Assembly (NCBI GenBank): GCA_963816145.1
Contig: CAWFJP010000029.1
Coordinates: 352,001-416,000, forward strand
DNA: 64,000 nt
Reading direction: 5' to 3'
DNA from: an uncultured delta proteobacterium
GTDB taxonomy: Bacteria; Desulfobacterota; Binatia; UBA9968
Position 1 is the first letter of the stretch. Each line of letters starts with the position of its first letter. A model generated the notes under the pieces. The model ran no database searches and was not told the origin of the DNA. It worked only from the letters and a program-made list of their open reading frames with translations. Positions 1-9,615 of the stretch are shown piece after piece. The position numbers and the translations under genes are program-made.

Positions 1-2
1 AA

Positions 3-191
3 ACCATCATCGCCCTACGCAAGATGTTGCTGAGCGCGCTGGGGGAGTTGGCGAAAGGCAAAGAGCCGCCTCATGTGATTCGCCAAGAGAGAGATCGCGA
101 TTTCTTGCGGCTCCGTTCGGTGAAAGGGATTCTGCCGGCGGGAGCCGACTGGCGTAAGATCATGGACGGGTTAGGCGAGAATGATGCTTGA
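3..191 (+). CDS. C-terminal fragment of a probable Rieske oxygenase alpha subunit (gene starts before the window)
   Basis: Frame reads TIIALRKMLLSALGELAKGKEPPHVIR...GADWRKIMDGLGENDA-stop, resembling the II..R..LL.A...G..PP tail of phthalate/LigX-type Rieske oxygenases. Confidence 0.5.
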   Translation, partial: TIIALRKMLLSALGELAKGKEPPHVIRQERDRDFLRLRSVKGILPAGADWRKIMDGLGENDA

Positions 192-1281
192 ATCAATGGG
201 TTCAAAACGTTCAAGCCGTTCAAATCGTTCAAAACGATTGGGGTTTGCCATACCTCTTTCTATCGCAATGGCGTTTGCGATGCTGATGCTGTTTCCCAGG
301 ACATCCGTGCTTGCGCAACCGTTGCAGAAGTCGGTGGCTATGGTGGGGGCGCGCAGCGGCGCGTCTTGGCCGCTGTGGATCGCCAAAGAGGCGCGGCTTT
401 ACGCTAAATATGGGCTCGATGTCGAATTGGTCTACGCGGTTCACCCGGCGCCCATCGCCGCGGTGATGACCGGCCATGCGGCGATGACTTCATCGGGCAG
501 CGATCCCGCACTGCTGGCGGCGGCCAAGGAGCCGTCGCTGGTAGTGCTCGGCAGCTTTATGAACAAAGCTTCCTTCGCCATGATCGGTTCGAAGAGCGTC
601 ACCGACATGAAACAGCTGGCCGGCAAAAAGATCGGTGTCGGCAGAGTCGGCGATCCGCCCTATCATATGGCGGTCAGTCTGCTCAAAAAGTTTCACCTGA
701 CAGCGCGGGATGTCCAGTGGGTATCCATCGGTGTCGACGCCGCGGCGAGGGCGGCAGCGCTGCAGAGCGGCCAGATAGATGCGGCGTTGATCACTGCGCC
801 GGCCTATTTTCGCCTGCAAGCGGCGGGCTTGCCTGTGCTGGCCGTACTGCTCGATCATGAGGATATTTATGTGTCGACCTATTACTTGTTTCGCCGCGAT
901 GCGCTGGCCAGGGAGCGCCCGGCATCCTTGGCTTACATCAAGGCGCACGCCGAAGCGATCAAGCGATTTTATGACGACAAAGCCTTTGCTGCCGAAGTGA
1001 TGATCAAGTACGGCGGCGCCCGTGACCGCGGCGACGCCAATCGGGTCTACGATCTGTATCGTAACGCGCGCGTGCTGGAGGCGGTGCCCTACGCGCTCAA
1101 AGGTTCCGTTGACGCGGTGATCGAACGGCAAGGAGCGGATCTCAAGGGCGCCGATTTTTCCAAGACGATTGATAACAGCCTGGTCGACCAGCTGGTCAAG
1201 GAGAAATATTTCGAGTATGTTTTCGGCCCATCCATTCGCGACGAACAGCAGCGCCGCCAGGCGCAGGCCTTCGGACGGTAG
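181..1281 (+). CDS. ABC transporter substrate-binding protein, SsuA/NMT1/THI5 family (true start probably near 268)
   Basis: Signal peptide; PLWIAKEARLYAKYGLDVELV, LAGKKIGV and ALQSGQIDAA motifs; the extreme N-terminus is only the translated repeat. Confidence 0.85.
   Translation: MMLESMGSKRSSRSNRSKRLGFAIPLSIAMAFAMLMLFPRTSVLAQPLQKSVAMVGARSGASWPLWIAKEARLYAKYGLDVELVYAVHPAPIAAVMTGHAAMTSSGSDPALLAAAKEPSLVVLGSFMNKASFAMIGSKSVTDMKQLAGKKIGVGRVGDPPYHMAVSLLKKFHLTARDVQWVSIGVDAAARAAALQSGQIDAALITAPAYFRLQAAGLPVLAVLLDHEDIYVSTYYLFRRDALARERPASLAYIKAHAEAIKRFYDDKAFAAEVMIKYGGARDRGDANRVYDLYRNARVLEAVPYALKGSVDAVIERQGADLKGADFSKTIDNSLVDQLVKEKYFEYVFGPSIRDEQQRRQAQAFGR
200..232. repeat. Tetrad of GTTCAA at 9-nt period
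   Basis: GTTCAA at 200, 209, 218, 227. Confidence 0.85.
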
Positions 1282-1680
1282 CTAGGAACTGCGTCCGCCA
1301 CCGAATGTGGTCACGCGATAATCATCCGTTGCAGTGCCGATTAAAGCAATATTGTACAGAAATTGCCCCTCGCCTTCGCCGCGCAGCGTGACGGTGACGA
1401 GCTTTTCGCCCTTCACCGGAGTGGCGCTGAGTCCGACGATCTTGCTCGGGCGGCCGGAGGGGTGCATTTGCTTTACCTTGTCGGCAAAGATGTTCAAGGG
1501 CACGTAGCCGCGCGCCTTATCGGCAAGCATGCCGTAACCTTGATCGATATTACCTCGAACGAAAGTTGCCTCGGCAAATTCAACCGCGCGTTTGGTCGCC
1601 AAGGCGGTGTCGTGGTCGACTTTCTCGGCGCAGCCGCCGGCGATAGCCAGAAACAGCAGAAGCAGGCAAAGTATTCGCAT
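1282..1680 (-). CDS. Hypothetical lipoprotein
   Basis: MRILCLLLLFLAIAGG-C lipobox followed by a compact ~115 aa domain. Confidence 0.7.
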   Translation of the reverse strand: MRILCLLLLFLAIAGGCAEKVDHDTALATKRAVEFAEATFVRGNIDQGYGMLADKARGYVPLNIFADKVKQMHPSGRPSKIVGLSATPVKGEKLVTVTLRGEGEGQFLYNIALIGTATDDYRVTTFGGGRSS

Positions 1681-1764
1681 GGTGGCGTTTCTCCCCGTCG
1701 ATACGGATCGTTCCATTCATTCAGCGCACGAATCGCTCGTAGTGCAATCCTGAATCGATCTTGC

Positions 1765-3375
1765 TTAGCGGTTATATCTCGCCGGCAGTTCGGTTGCGAA
1801 CGGCGGACGACGCAGGCGCGCCGCGCAGCGGGCGTCTAATTCTTTAGCCGAACCGCTGGTGATGAATTCGACAATCAGGGAGCGGGCACAGGGCGATGTG
1901 TAGCTATGCGGCGTGTTGCGTAAGCTCACTTGACGGCCATTGGGCAGTGTCGTGAGAGCCTGCGCGCCAAACTCTGCCGGCGTCGCCGGATCGATGTCGC
2001 CGGAGAGCATGAGTACAGGTGTGACTGCTTGCACCGGCTGAAAATATTCCGCGTCGATCTCGCCGCGCGGCCAGTGCGCGCAAGCTTGCTGGTGGCGGCG
2101 CGTCCGATAGGCGCCCATGAATGTGCCGGCTGTGGCGCGCGCCACTTCCGCTTCATCGATGAAGGGTAGTGATCCCGAGCAGGTGGCGCTCAGATAGGCG
2201 CCGAGATAGACGCGAAATTCCCCCGGCGCAGCGCTTCTTGAAATCACCTGCACGAAGGGGAGCCAATTTCCTTGGGAGGCATGGTCAAGTATCAAGGGTA
2301 ACAGGCTGACCGTGCGGTGGCTGTAGAGCAAAGTCAAAAGGCGGACGGCGAAAACGCCGTGTGCCAGCGTGACTGATTGCATGACTTTGCTGCCCGGGTG
2401 GAGTACTTGGAAATTTATCGTGCCGCTGTCGAAGGATCGCAAGAGCTGGGCGAATTTCGCTTGCAGATTGGGAAAGGCGGCGTTGCAGGATTCGTCGCCG
2501 GCGCAATCGTTAAACAGTTTGGCCATGGCCTGATCGGCGCCTCTGGCGAATTGGAGCGGTATTTTCATGGCCGGGGTGGCAACGCCAGTCAGAACCGCAC
2601 TTCGCACATGATCGGGATAGCGGCGCAGATATTCCAGGGCAGCCTGGGAACCATGGGAGATGCCGTACAAATTGATCTTGTTGTAACCCAAGGCGAGGCG
2701 AATATCGTCGAGATCGTCGATGGCCAGCGAGGAATTATAAAACTTTAGGTCGGCGATCCGTTCTAGTTTCTCGCGGCACAATTGGATGACCGCGGGATCG
2801 AAGAGTTCGCCAAATAAACTTTGCACATGGCGCCGATCGATAGGGAAATCGCATTGCAGACCATTGGAATCCCCGGTGCCGCGCATGTCGACGAAGACTA
2901 GATCGCGCTCGCGGCGCAACTCTCGCATGATCGCATCTTCACCGGCGCCGGCGATGCGCGCCGCGCCCTGTCCGGGCCCGCCGGTTAAATAGAAAACTGG
3001 CTCGGCCTTAGGTTCGGAACTGAGTGCCGGCAGCACAACTAAATTGAGCGCGATGACGCGACCGGATTTTGCCGAGCGATTTTCGTACACTTGATGTTTA
3101 CCACAGAGCGCGGCTTCCTTGTGCTTGGGCAAATTGCACGAGCTCAGTTCGACAGTGGATGGCCTTCTGGCAGAGATCGGCGAAGTCTCGACGGTTGCGC
3201 ATGAGGAAGTGATGATAAGGGAGAGTATCACTAGGTATGAGAACAGGTCATCGATGCCCGGCAGTTTGTGAATGCCGGTAAACCTGGATTCCGGCCTGCG
3301 CCGCAATGACCGAAGCAGAATCACCTGCGCGTTGACAGATTCTATCGCCGTTGGCTTGGAGAGAGGTGCGGTCAA
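1765..3375 (-). CDS. Alpha/beta hydrolase, TAP-like (S33) peptidase, probably a lipoprotein (start likely downstream of 3375)
   Basis: GGPG, DMRGTG, GISHG nucleophile elbow, SGDIDPATP and C-terminal His. Confidence 0.85.
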   Translation of the reverse strand: MTAPLSKPTAIESVNAQVILLRSLRRRPESRFTGIHKLPGIDDLFSYLVILSLIITSSCATVETSPISARRPSTVELSSCNLPKHKEAALCGKHQVYENRSAKSGRVIALNLVVLPALSSEPKAEPVFYLTGGPGQGAARIAGAGEDAIMRELRRERDLVFVDMRGTGDSNGLQCDFPIDRRHVQSLFGELFDPAVIQLCREKLERIADLKFYNSSLAIDDLDDIRLALGYNKINLYGISHGSQAALEYLRRYPDHVRSAVLTGVATPAMKIPLQFARGADQAMAKLFNDCAGDESCNAAFPNLQAKFAQLLRSFDSGTINFQVLHPGSKVMQSVTLAHGVFAVRLLTLLYSHRTVSLLPLILDHASQGNWLPFVQVISRSAAPGEFRVYLGAYLSATCSGSLPFIDEAEVARATAGTFMGAYRTRRHQQACAHWPRGEIDAEYFQPVQAVTPVLMLSGDIDPATPAEFGAQALTTLPNGRQVSLRNTPHSYTSPCARSLIVEFITSGSAKELDARCAARLRRPPFATELPARYNR

Positions 3376-3387
3376 GTTCTCGCCTTG

Positions 3388-4221
3388 CTAGACAGGCCAG
3401 CGCAGCCAGTGCGCGAGACTCTTGCCCATGATCCATTCTTTGTCGCTCGCCGAAAGAAACCCTAACTCCTCGGTGAACAGCGTGACGTTTTGCCGGTAGG
3501 TAACCGGCGACTGCGAAAGGTCGGTGCCCCACATGATGCGTTGCGGGCCAAACGCATCGACGACCCGGCGAATCTGCGGATGCAGGGTGGAAAATGGATA
3601 GTTCTCGGCGACGTAACAGGGCAGGCAGGAAGCTTTGACCGCGACGTTGGGCAAGCGGGCGAAGGTGATTAGCAGGTCGACGCCAGGCGTCAGATCCTGG
3701 CCTCTCCACTGCACGTTCAAACCCATGTGATCGACAATCACGCGCAATCCGGGATGGCGCTCGGCGATCTTGGCGATGGCTGCGACAGCGAAGGGCGCAA
3801 AGATCATGACCGGAATGTCGTAGCGCTCGCAGTCATGCCAAAACCAGTCGGCGGTGCCGTCGTCGAGAAACGAATGGGTGCCGCTGTGGCGGAAGCTGAT
3901 GCGGAAGCCTTTCGTGCCGGGTTGCTTGAGCCAAGTCGGCAGTCTGTCTTTGCTCGCCGGGTCGTTGAGCGCCACTTTTCCCATGACCGCGAAACGATCG
4001 GGATATTTTTGCGCCGCTTCGAGAGCGTAATCGTTGCGATAGCCATCCCATGACGGCGGCACTAGGATGGCACGGTCCACGCCGGCAATAGCCATTTCAG
4101 CGAGCAGCCGCTCGTAGGTAAGCGGAATCGGCTGGTGCGGTTTCGAAGCGTCCTCTTTGATGTGCGGGCGTTCCGGTGTGTCGGCTTGCCAGATGTGGAC
4201 CTGGGCGTCGATGATTTTCAT
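3388..4221 (-). CDS. Amidohydrolase_2 family protein
   Basis: IIDAQVHIW, VIVDHMG and RIMWGTD motifs. Confidence 0.85.
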   Translation of the reverse strand: MKIIDAQVHIWQADTPERPHIKEDASKPHQPIPLTYERLLAEMAIAGVDRAILVPPSWDGYRNDYALEAAQKYPDRFAVMGKVALNDPASKDRLPTWLKQPGTKGFRISFRHSGTHSFLDDGTADWFWHDCERYDIPVMIFAPFAVAAIAKIAERHPGLRVIVDHMGLNVQWRGQDLTPGVDLLITFARLPNVAVKASCLPCYVAENYPFSTLHPQIRRVVDAFGPQRIMWGTDLSQSPVTYRQNVTLFTEELGFLSASDKEWIMGKSLAHWLRWPV

Positions 4222-4281
4222 AAGAAGGCAGTAGGCATTCGGCAACAGTAAGATCGGATGGAGTCAAAGCATCCCGATAAG

Positions 4282-5283
4282 TTATTTTGCAGCGTTGACC
4301 TGGCGCAGGATACGGTCGTCGAAGAACTGCGTAGGTTTGGCTGTTTTTGCTTCGGCAATCGATTCGGAGAGGAAATCCAGGATGCCCCGCAAACCTGGCT
4401 CCGAGGTGACGAGTTCGCGGCGGAAGCCGGCTTTCTTGTAAAACTCATAGCTGCGGTCGAGCACGTCTTGATCGGTTTCGTGGGTGTATTTGCCAATCAC
4501 CTTCATGGAGAACGTTTTGTCGGCATAGTAGCGCTCGATACCGCCGCGGACGGCGCGCAGCAATGACACCAGCCGCGGATTGAGTTCGTCGATGCGGCTC
4601 TTTCTAACCACCAAGCCGACGTTCTGATAGGGCTCGTCGATCAAGCTGACCATTGAACGGAACCCGTCACGCTCCATTCGGAAACTTGCCGGCGGCGAGC
4701 CAACGCCCCCGGCGATTTGTCCGGCATAAAATGCGGCGACGATCTGCGGGCTGCTGCCGAGAGGACGCAGTTGCACGTCCTTCGCCGTTAGGCCCAATTT
4801 CTTTAGCGCGACCAACGTACCGTAGGCAACCGGAGTCGCCGGCCGGTCGGTACCGACGATCTTACCTTTTAATTGCTCGACGTTCTTAATCTCTGGACGG
4901 ACGTAAAAATCCCAGATCATCGTATTCAAAAGCCCGGCGACGAAAGTGACATCGATGCCGCGCAGTGCAGCGGTCAGCACCGGTGCTGCCGAGACTTCGA
5001 CGACATCGATCTCATTGGCAAGCAACGCTGGGATCGCGCTGGTCGACTGCATGGAGAGAACCTCAATGTCCAAGTTTTCTCTGGCAAGCGCGCCCGAGTC
5101 TTTGGCCATCCATAAGGGCGCCATAGTTGCGGAAGTGCTCAGATAAGCTACGCGCAACGGCCGAGTTTGACGCGGCGATTGTGCCAAGCTCTTGTGCGGC
5201 GATAGTACGCTGATAAAAAGGCCAGCGACGATTAGGCTCGTCAGTTGTCTGCAGATTGCATCATGCGTCGTGGGAAAAAACAT
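4282..5283 (-). CDS. ABC transporter substrate-binding protein, SsuA/NMT1 family
   Basis: Signal peptide, LRVAY, APLWMAKDSG, LKGKIVG. Confidence 0.85.
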   Translation of the reverse strand: MFFPTTHDAICRQLTSLIVAGLFISVLSPHKSLAQSPRQTRPLRVAYLSTSATMAPLWMAKDSGALARENLDIEVLSMQSTSAIPALLANEIDVVEVSAAPVLTAALRGIDVTFVAGLLNTMIWDFYVRPEIKNVEQLKGKIVGTDRPATPVAYGTLVALKKLGLTAKDVQLRPLGSSPQIVAAFYAGQIAGGVGSPPASFRMERDGFRSMVSLIDEPYQNVGLVVRKSRIDELNPRLVSLLRAVRGGIERYYADKTFSMKVIGKYTHETDQDVLDRSYEFYKKAGFRRELVTSEPGLRGILDFLSESIAEAKTAKPTQFFDDRILRQVNAAK

Positions 5284-5369
5284 CGCGTTGACCTCCAAGC
5301 TTGGAAACAAACTCGTTTCAGGGAATTGATTGAGGGTAAGATAGGGCAGGTCGAATGATAGCGTCAAGG

Positions 5370-5399
5370 CAAAATGGCGCAGTCAAAATGGCGCAGTCA
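5370..5399. repeat. Tandem 14-bp duplication CAAAATGGCGCAGT
   Basis: Two exact adjacent copies in the intergenic region. Confidence 0.8.
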
Positions 5400-5637
5400 T
5401 TTCCTAAGCTTCCCGTAGGCTTTTTGCCGCTCGATTATGCCGAGCCCACACTTTTGGCCTTAAGTGAGCCCCAAAACGCCGAAATTTTTGTAAGGATTGC
5501 ACTTATACTTCGCATTACCGACGGCCTGAGGGTTGCTCCAAATCCAACTGACAGTGTCAGCCGACGAATTCAACGGTTAACATTTTACAGCCGCTTGCGT
5601 CTATCAAGGGTGTTCGGATCGGATAAGGGAGGTACCC

Positions 5638-5799
5638 ATGAAGAACCCTTGCGAGGCGCTGTTTGGCGTAGGATTGGCGATACTTGCGCTGGTGATACTG
5701 CTTACCGTGAATCAATCTTGGGAAACTTCACGCTCTGCCTTGGCTGATAGCAGGTCTAGCGTCACCGAGCTCGGTCTTCGCCTTTCCATGCATCGTTAG
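5638..5799 (+). CDS. Putative 53-aa single-pass membrane protein (below ORF-track cutoff)
   Basis: AGGGAGG RBS just upstream of ATG; MKNPCEALFGVGLAILALVILLTVNQSW... hydrophobic stretch. Confidence 0.5.
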   Translation: MKNPCEALFGVGLAILALVILLTVNQSWETSRSALADSRSSVTELGLRLSMHR

Positions 5800-5911
5800 T
5801 CAGCGGCGCGATGAGAGCTCACTCTCCGTTAGAACCGGCGTTAGTTTTCGTGCGTCTTCAACAAGGCCTCCTGCGCCACGCGATTGGCTGATAACTGAAT
5901 CACTCCATCCC

Positions 5912-6703
5912 TCACCGATAGTCGCGCATCTGCCAAGGCGTGAAGACGACCACCTGGGTCGGCGGCGGCAGGGCCATCTTGCTGAAGGTCGACTTGTGGC
6001 TATTCAAATATTTGTTCGGGTAGCCCTTGACGAACATATCCAACAGCGCGGTGTTCTCGCGATAATGCATCGGGATCGCGATCTTGGGTTTGAGTTGCTG
6101 CAAGACTTCGCGGGCGGTGTCCGGCGGCATGGTGAACATGCCGCCGATCGGAATCATGGCAATATCGACCTTGCCGAAGGCTTTGATCTGATCTTCGGTC
6201 AATTTGTGTGCTAGGTCGCCCAAGTGAGCGACGCAGATGGTGCCCAAGTCGAAGACGAAGGCGGCGCCTTTGAGTGCGTTGCCGAACTGCTGTTGGTAGA
6301 TCGGTACCGTGTAAACCAGGATGTCCTTGACCGTGGTGCTGACCTTGTTCCACTCGGCGCCGTAATTCCCCAGGCCGCGCAAAATCACCGGTCCGTTTTT
6401 GGCGATCTCGACGAAATTGTGGTTCGGATGTTCGCGGCCAACGGTGATAGCATGGGGCGTGACGTCGGGCGTTGGATAGAAGCCGGGCGTCACCGGGTCG
6501 GTAACTATCTTGGTTCCTTTCGACGAGGTGATCTGAAAAGAATTATGGCCGAAAAACTCGATGGTCACGTCGGGCTCAGCGGCGTAGGCGGGTTTTAACC
6601 AGCCGCGCGCGACGTCGAGTTCGCGGCACGCAGAGTAGGCCGGGCCGGCGCTAGCGAGCGACAGCAGAAGCGGTAGGACGGCTAAGGGTATTCTCATCGT
6701 CAA
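5912..6703 (-). CDS. Exported MBL-fold metallo-hydrolase
   Basis: Signal peptide; FFGHNSF, IVTDP, EHPNHN, AHLGDL and IPMHY motifs. Confidence 0.85.
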   Translation of the reverse strand: MTMRIPLAVLPLLLSLASAGPAYSACRELDVARGWLKPAYAAEPDVTIEFFGHNSFQITSSKGTKIVTDPVTPGFYPTPDVTPHAITVGREHPNHNFVEIAKNGPVILRGLGNYGAEWNKVSTTVKDILVYTVPIYQQQFGNALKGAAFVFDLGTICVAHLGDLAHKLTEDQIKAFGKVDIAMIPIGGMFTMPPDTAREVLQQLKPKIAIPMHYRENTALLDMFVKGYPNKYLNSHKSTFSKMALPPPTQVVVFTPWQMRDYR

Positions 6704-6706
6704 CCT

Positions 6707-7465
6707 CTAGGTCGCGGCGAAACGCTGGCCGAACTGTTCGGCCTTGAAAAAATCGGCGACATACTCGGTCGCCGGATGGCGCATCAGATTTTCCGGCGTA
6801 TCGGCTTGTTCGAAGCGGCCGGCATGCATGACCGCGATGCGATCGGCGAGCGCGATGCCGTCAGCCAGATTGTGGGTTACGTACAACGTCGTCAAGCGAT
6901 TTTCTTTGTGAAACGATATAATCTCCTGGCGCATCTTCAGGCGATTGGGCGGATCGATATTGCTGAGCGGCTCGTCCATCAGCATGATCTGCGGCGCCGT
7001 GACCATGGCGCGGCCCAAAGCGACGCGCTGCTGCTGGCCGCCGGAAAGCTCGGATGGCTTGCGCTTGAAGAAGCTCTCGTCGATGCCGACTTTCCAGGCT
7101 AGTGGGCGGAGGTACTCGGCGATCTTTTCGCTGGACCATTTGCGCACCTTCAACGGCAGCGACAGGTTCGAGTATTTACTCTCCTCGAAGACTTTCATGT
7201 GCGGCCAGAGCGCGTAATTCTGAAAAATCATCTGGACGTTGCGTTTACCGACGGGAACGTCGTTGACCGGAACGCCGCCGATGAAAATCGTGCCGCTGTC
7301 TGGGGATTCGAGTCCGGCGATGAGTCGCAGCGTGGTGGTCTTGCCACAGCCGCTCTCGCCGACGATGACCATGAATTCTCCAGCATTGACGTCGAGGTTG
7401 GCCTGATCCACGGCGGCGATGGCGCCAAACTTCTTGGTCAGTTTTCGTAGTGAAAGAGAGATCAC
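6707..7465 (-). CDS. ABC transporter ATP-binding protein (MalK/PotA-like)
   Basis: Walker A GESGCGKTT, LSGGQQQR signature, MLMDEP, VTH. Confidence 0.92.
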   Translation of the reverse strand: MISLSLRKLTKKFGAIAAVDQANLDVNAGEFMVIVGESGCGKTTTLRLIAGLESPDSGTIFIGGVPVNDVPVGKRNVQMIFQNYALWPHMKVFEESKYSNLSLPLKVRKWSSEKIAEYLRPLAWKVGIDESFFKRKPSELSGGQQQRVALGRAMVTAPQIMLMDEPLSNIDPPNRLKMRQEIISFHKENRLTTLYVTHNLADGIALADRIAVMHAGRFEQADTPENLMRHPATEYVADFFKAEQFGQRFAAT

Positions 7466-7519
7466 ACAACCATGCTAGTACAAGGACGGGGGGGAAGACA
7501 ATATTAGAATGAAGGATCC

Positions 7520-7552
7520 GTTCCAATGGTTCCAGTAGTTCCATGGGTTCCA
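7520..7552. repeat. Tetrad of GTTCCA at 9-nt period
   Basis: GTTCCA at 7520, 7529, 7538, 7547; reverse complement of the TGGAAC tetrads at 58-62 kb. Confidence 0.88.
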
Positions 7553-7656
7553 ATCGTCGGAAGGGAGCGCGTTCAACTACACGGTCGCGGGGCTAGTCAT
7601 CGGAGTTGTTGTTGGATATATTGGCGCCACTTGAATTCAGATTTTTTGGAGGACCT

Positions 7657-8409
7657 ATGGCTGGGTTACTTGGATCTGAGGAGTTGATCGCGGATTTGCA
7701 ACAGACTTTGCAGCAGCGCCATCCGCGGACGCATCCGATCCGTCAGTTGCTGCTGAGCGGTCGGCTCACCAAAGAGCAATTGCAATGGTGGGCGCGCAAT
7801 CAGTTCCATGAGTTTCGCAACATTCATCGCTTCTTCGGCATCCGCTACCATAAGTGTCCGATCCCCGAGCTGCGCCGCATGTTGCTCGAAAATATGGTCG
7901 AGGAAGAGGGCGAAGATCTGTTCGGCGGCAAGTATCCGAGCCATCGCGAGCTCTGGGTGCAGTTCGCCAACGGCATCGGCATCGCCACCGACGATATTCT
8001 CAACTACGAACCCTTACCGGGGATCCGCGCCGCGCTGGAGATGTATGTGTCGCTGGTGCAACAGAGCCACTGGGCGGTGGCGATCGGCACCGGGCTGGTT
8101 TTCGAAGGCGGCGGTCCGAAACGAATGAAAGAGGAGCGCGAAGCCATTGAGAAGTATTACCGGTGGATTCCCGTCGATTGCTTGGATTTTTTCCGCGCCC
8201 ATGAGTACCACGATGAAGGCCATGGCGATATGGTAACCAACGTCATCAAACAGCACTGCATGGAGGAGAAGTTGCAAAATGAAATGCGCGAGGCGGTGCG
8301 CCAGCGCGCCGATATCATGTGGCTGCAGAATGACTGCATTTATAATGCCTTTGTCCGGCCGCAGTTGGCGGGCGAATTGATTCGGGAGATCGAAGGCAGA
8401 CTTGAATAG
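7657..8409 (+). CDS. Heme-oxygenase-like diiron protein (TenA/PqqC/CADD family)
   Basis: HP at N-terminus, LLENMVEEE, SHRELWVQF and FFRAHEYHDEGH metal-ligand pattern; GGAGG RBS. Confidence 0.8.
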   Translation: MAGLLGSEELIADLQQTLQQRHPRTHPIRQLLLSGRLTKEQLQWWARNQFHEFRNIHRFFGIRYHKCPIPELRRMLLENMVEEEGEDLFGGKYPSHRELWVQFANGIGIATDDILNYEPLPGIRAALEMYVSLVQQSHWAVAIGTGLVFEGGGPKRMKEEREAIEKYYRWIPVDCLDFFRAHEYHDEGHGDMVTNVIKQHCMEEKLQNEMREAVRQRADIMWLQNDCIYNAFVRPQLAGELIREIEGRLE

Positions 8410-8454
8410 CCGATCTAGGGTTCAACCGTTCAGGCTTCAATTTCGGATTGCAAC

Positions 8455-9501
8455 ATGACTGATAAGGCCATTGATCTGCGCAGCGACACTGTCACAAAAC
8501 CGTCACCGGCGATGCGGCGGGCGATGGCCGAGGCTGAGGTCGGCGACGATGTTTACATCGAAGATCCGACGGTCAATCGTTTGCAGAATCGCGCCGCGGA
8601 GATTTTTGGCCGCGAGGCGGGACTGTTCGTGCCGTCCGGCTCCATGGGCAATCTCACTTGCATCATGGCCCAGACCGAGCGCGGCCAGGAAGTCATTTGC
8701 GAAGCGGCCGGGCATATCTACAGTTACGAGATGGCTTCGATGTCCGCGCTGGCCGGCGTCTTGCCACGGGTGGTTCCGACCATTGACGGCATCATGACCT
8801 GGGAGCAGGTCGCTCTGGCGATTCGGGAAAAAACCTACACACGCCCGCAGACGGCATTGGTCGCGCTGGAAAACACGCACAACATGGCCGGCGGCACGGT
8901 CTATCCGACCCGGTTGGCGCACACGATCTGTGACAACGCCCATGAGGCCGGATTAAAAGTACACCTCGACGGCGCGCGGGTGTTTAATGCCGCGGTGCAT
9001 GTCGGACAAAAGGTCGCCGAGATCACCAAGAAATTCGATTCCGTGCAGTTTTGTTTCAGCAAGGGTTTGGGCGCGCCGGTGGGCTCCATGATCGTCGGCA
9101 GCAGGGAACTCATCGAGCGCTGCCGGATCATCCGCAAGATGCTCGGCGGCGGCATGCGCCAAGTTGGCGTGATCGCGGCTGCCGCTGCGGTGGCCTTGGA
9201 AGAGGGGCCGAAGCGTTTATATCTCGATCATGAAAATGCCCAGGTGCTGGCGCAAGGATTGGCCAATATCCCGCGAATTCGGATTCAGCCGGAAAAAGTT
9301 CAGACCAATATTGTGATCTTTGACGTTAGCGAAGCCAGGTTGGCATCGGGTGAATTTCTCAAACGGCTGGCCGCTCGTAAGGTTTTGGCCGGACCAGTCG
9401 ATGGCCGGCGCGTACGGATGGTGACTCACCTCGATGTCGATCGTAGTGACGTTGAGCAGGCGTTGAAAGTGATCGGAGAAGTAGCAGGGCAGGGGTTCTA
9501 G
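8455..9501 (+). CDS. ltaE: Low-specificity L-threonine aldolase
   Basis: IDLRSDTVTKP, EVGDDVY.EDPTV, HLDGARVFNA, SKGLGAPVGS, GGGMRQ. Confidence 0.93.
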   Translation: MTDKAIDLRSDTVTKPSPAMRRAMAEAEVGDDVYIEDPTVNRLQNRAAEIFGREAGLFVPSGSMGNLTCIMAQTERGQEVICEAAGHIYSYEMASMSALAGVLPRVVPTIDGIMTWEQVALAIREKTYTRPQTALVALENTHNMAGGTVYPTRLAHTICDNAHEAGLKVHLDGARVFNAAVHVGQKVAEITKKFDSVQFCFSKGLGAPVGSMIVGSRELIERCRIIRKMLGGGMRQVGVIAAAAAVALEEGPKRLYLDHENAQVLAQGLANIPRIRIQPEKVQTNIVIFDVSEARLASGEFLKRLAARKVLAGPVDGRRVRMVTHLDVDRSDVEQALKVIGEVAGQGF

Positions 9502-9615
9502 TCAATCGCGATTCTTTCGCGATTTTCTCGCTCTCTGGAGCGGCTTAGGGTGAGGCGCTTCAGAGGAGGGCGACTGCCGGTCGCCCGACATTCACAGGTG
9601 CACTGACGGAAATTC

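Noticed and set aside
200-232. GTTC repeats as an alphaproteobacterial LexA box
   Set aside because: That box is GTTC-N7-GTTC (11-nt period); here the period is 9
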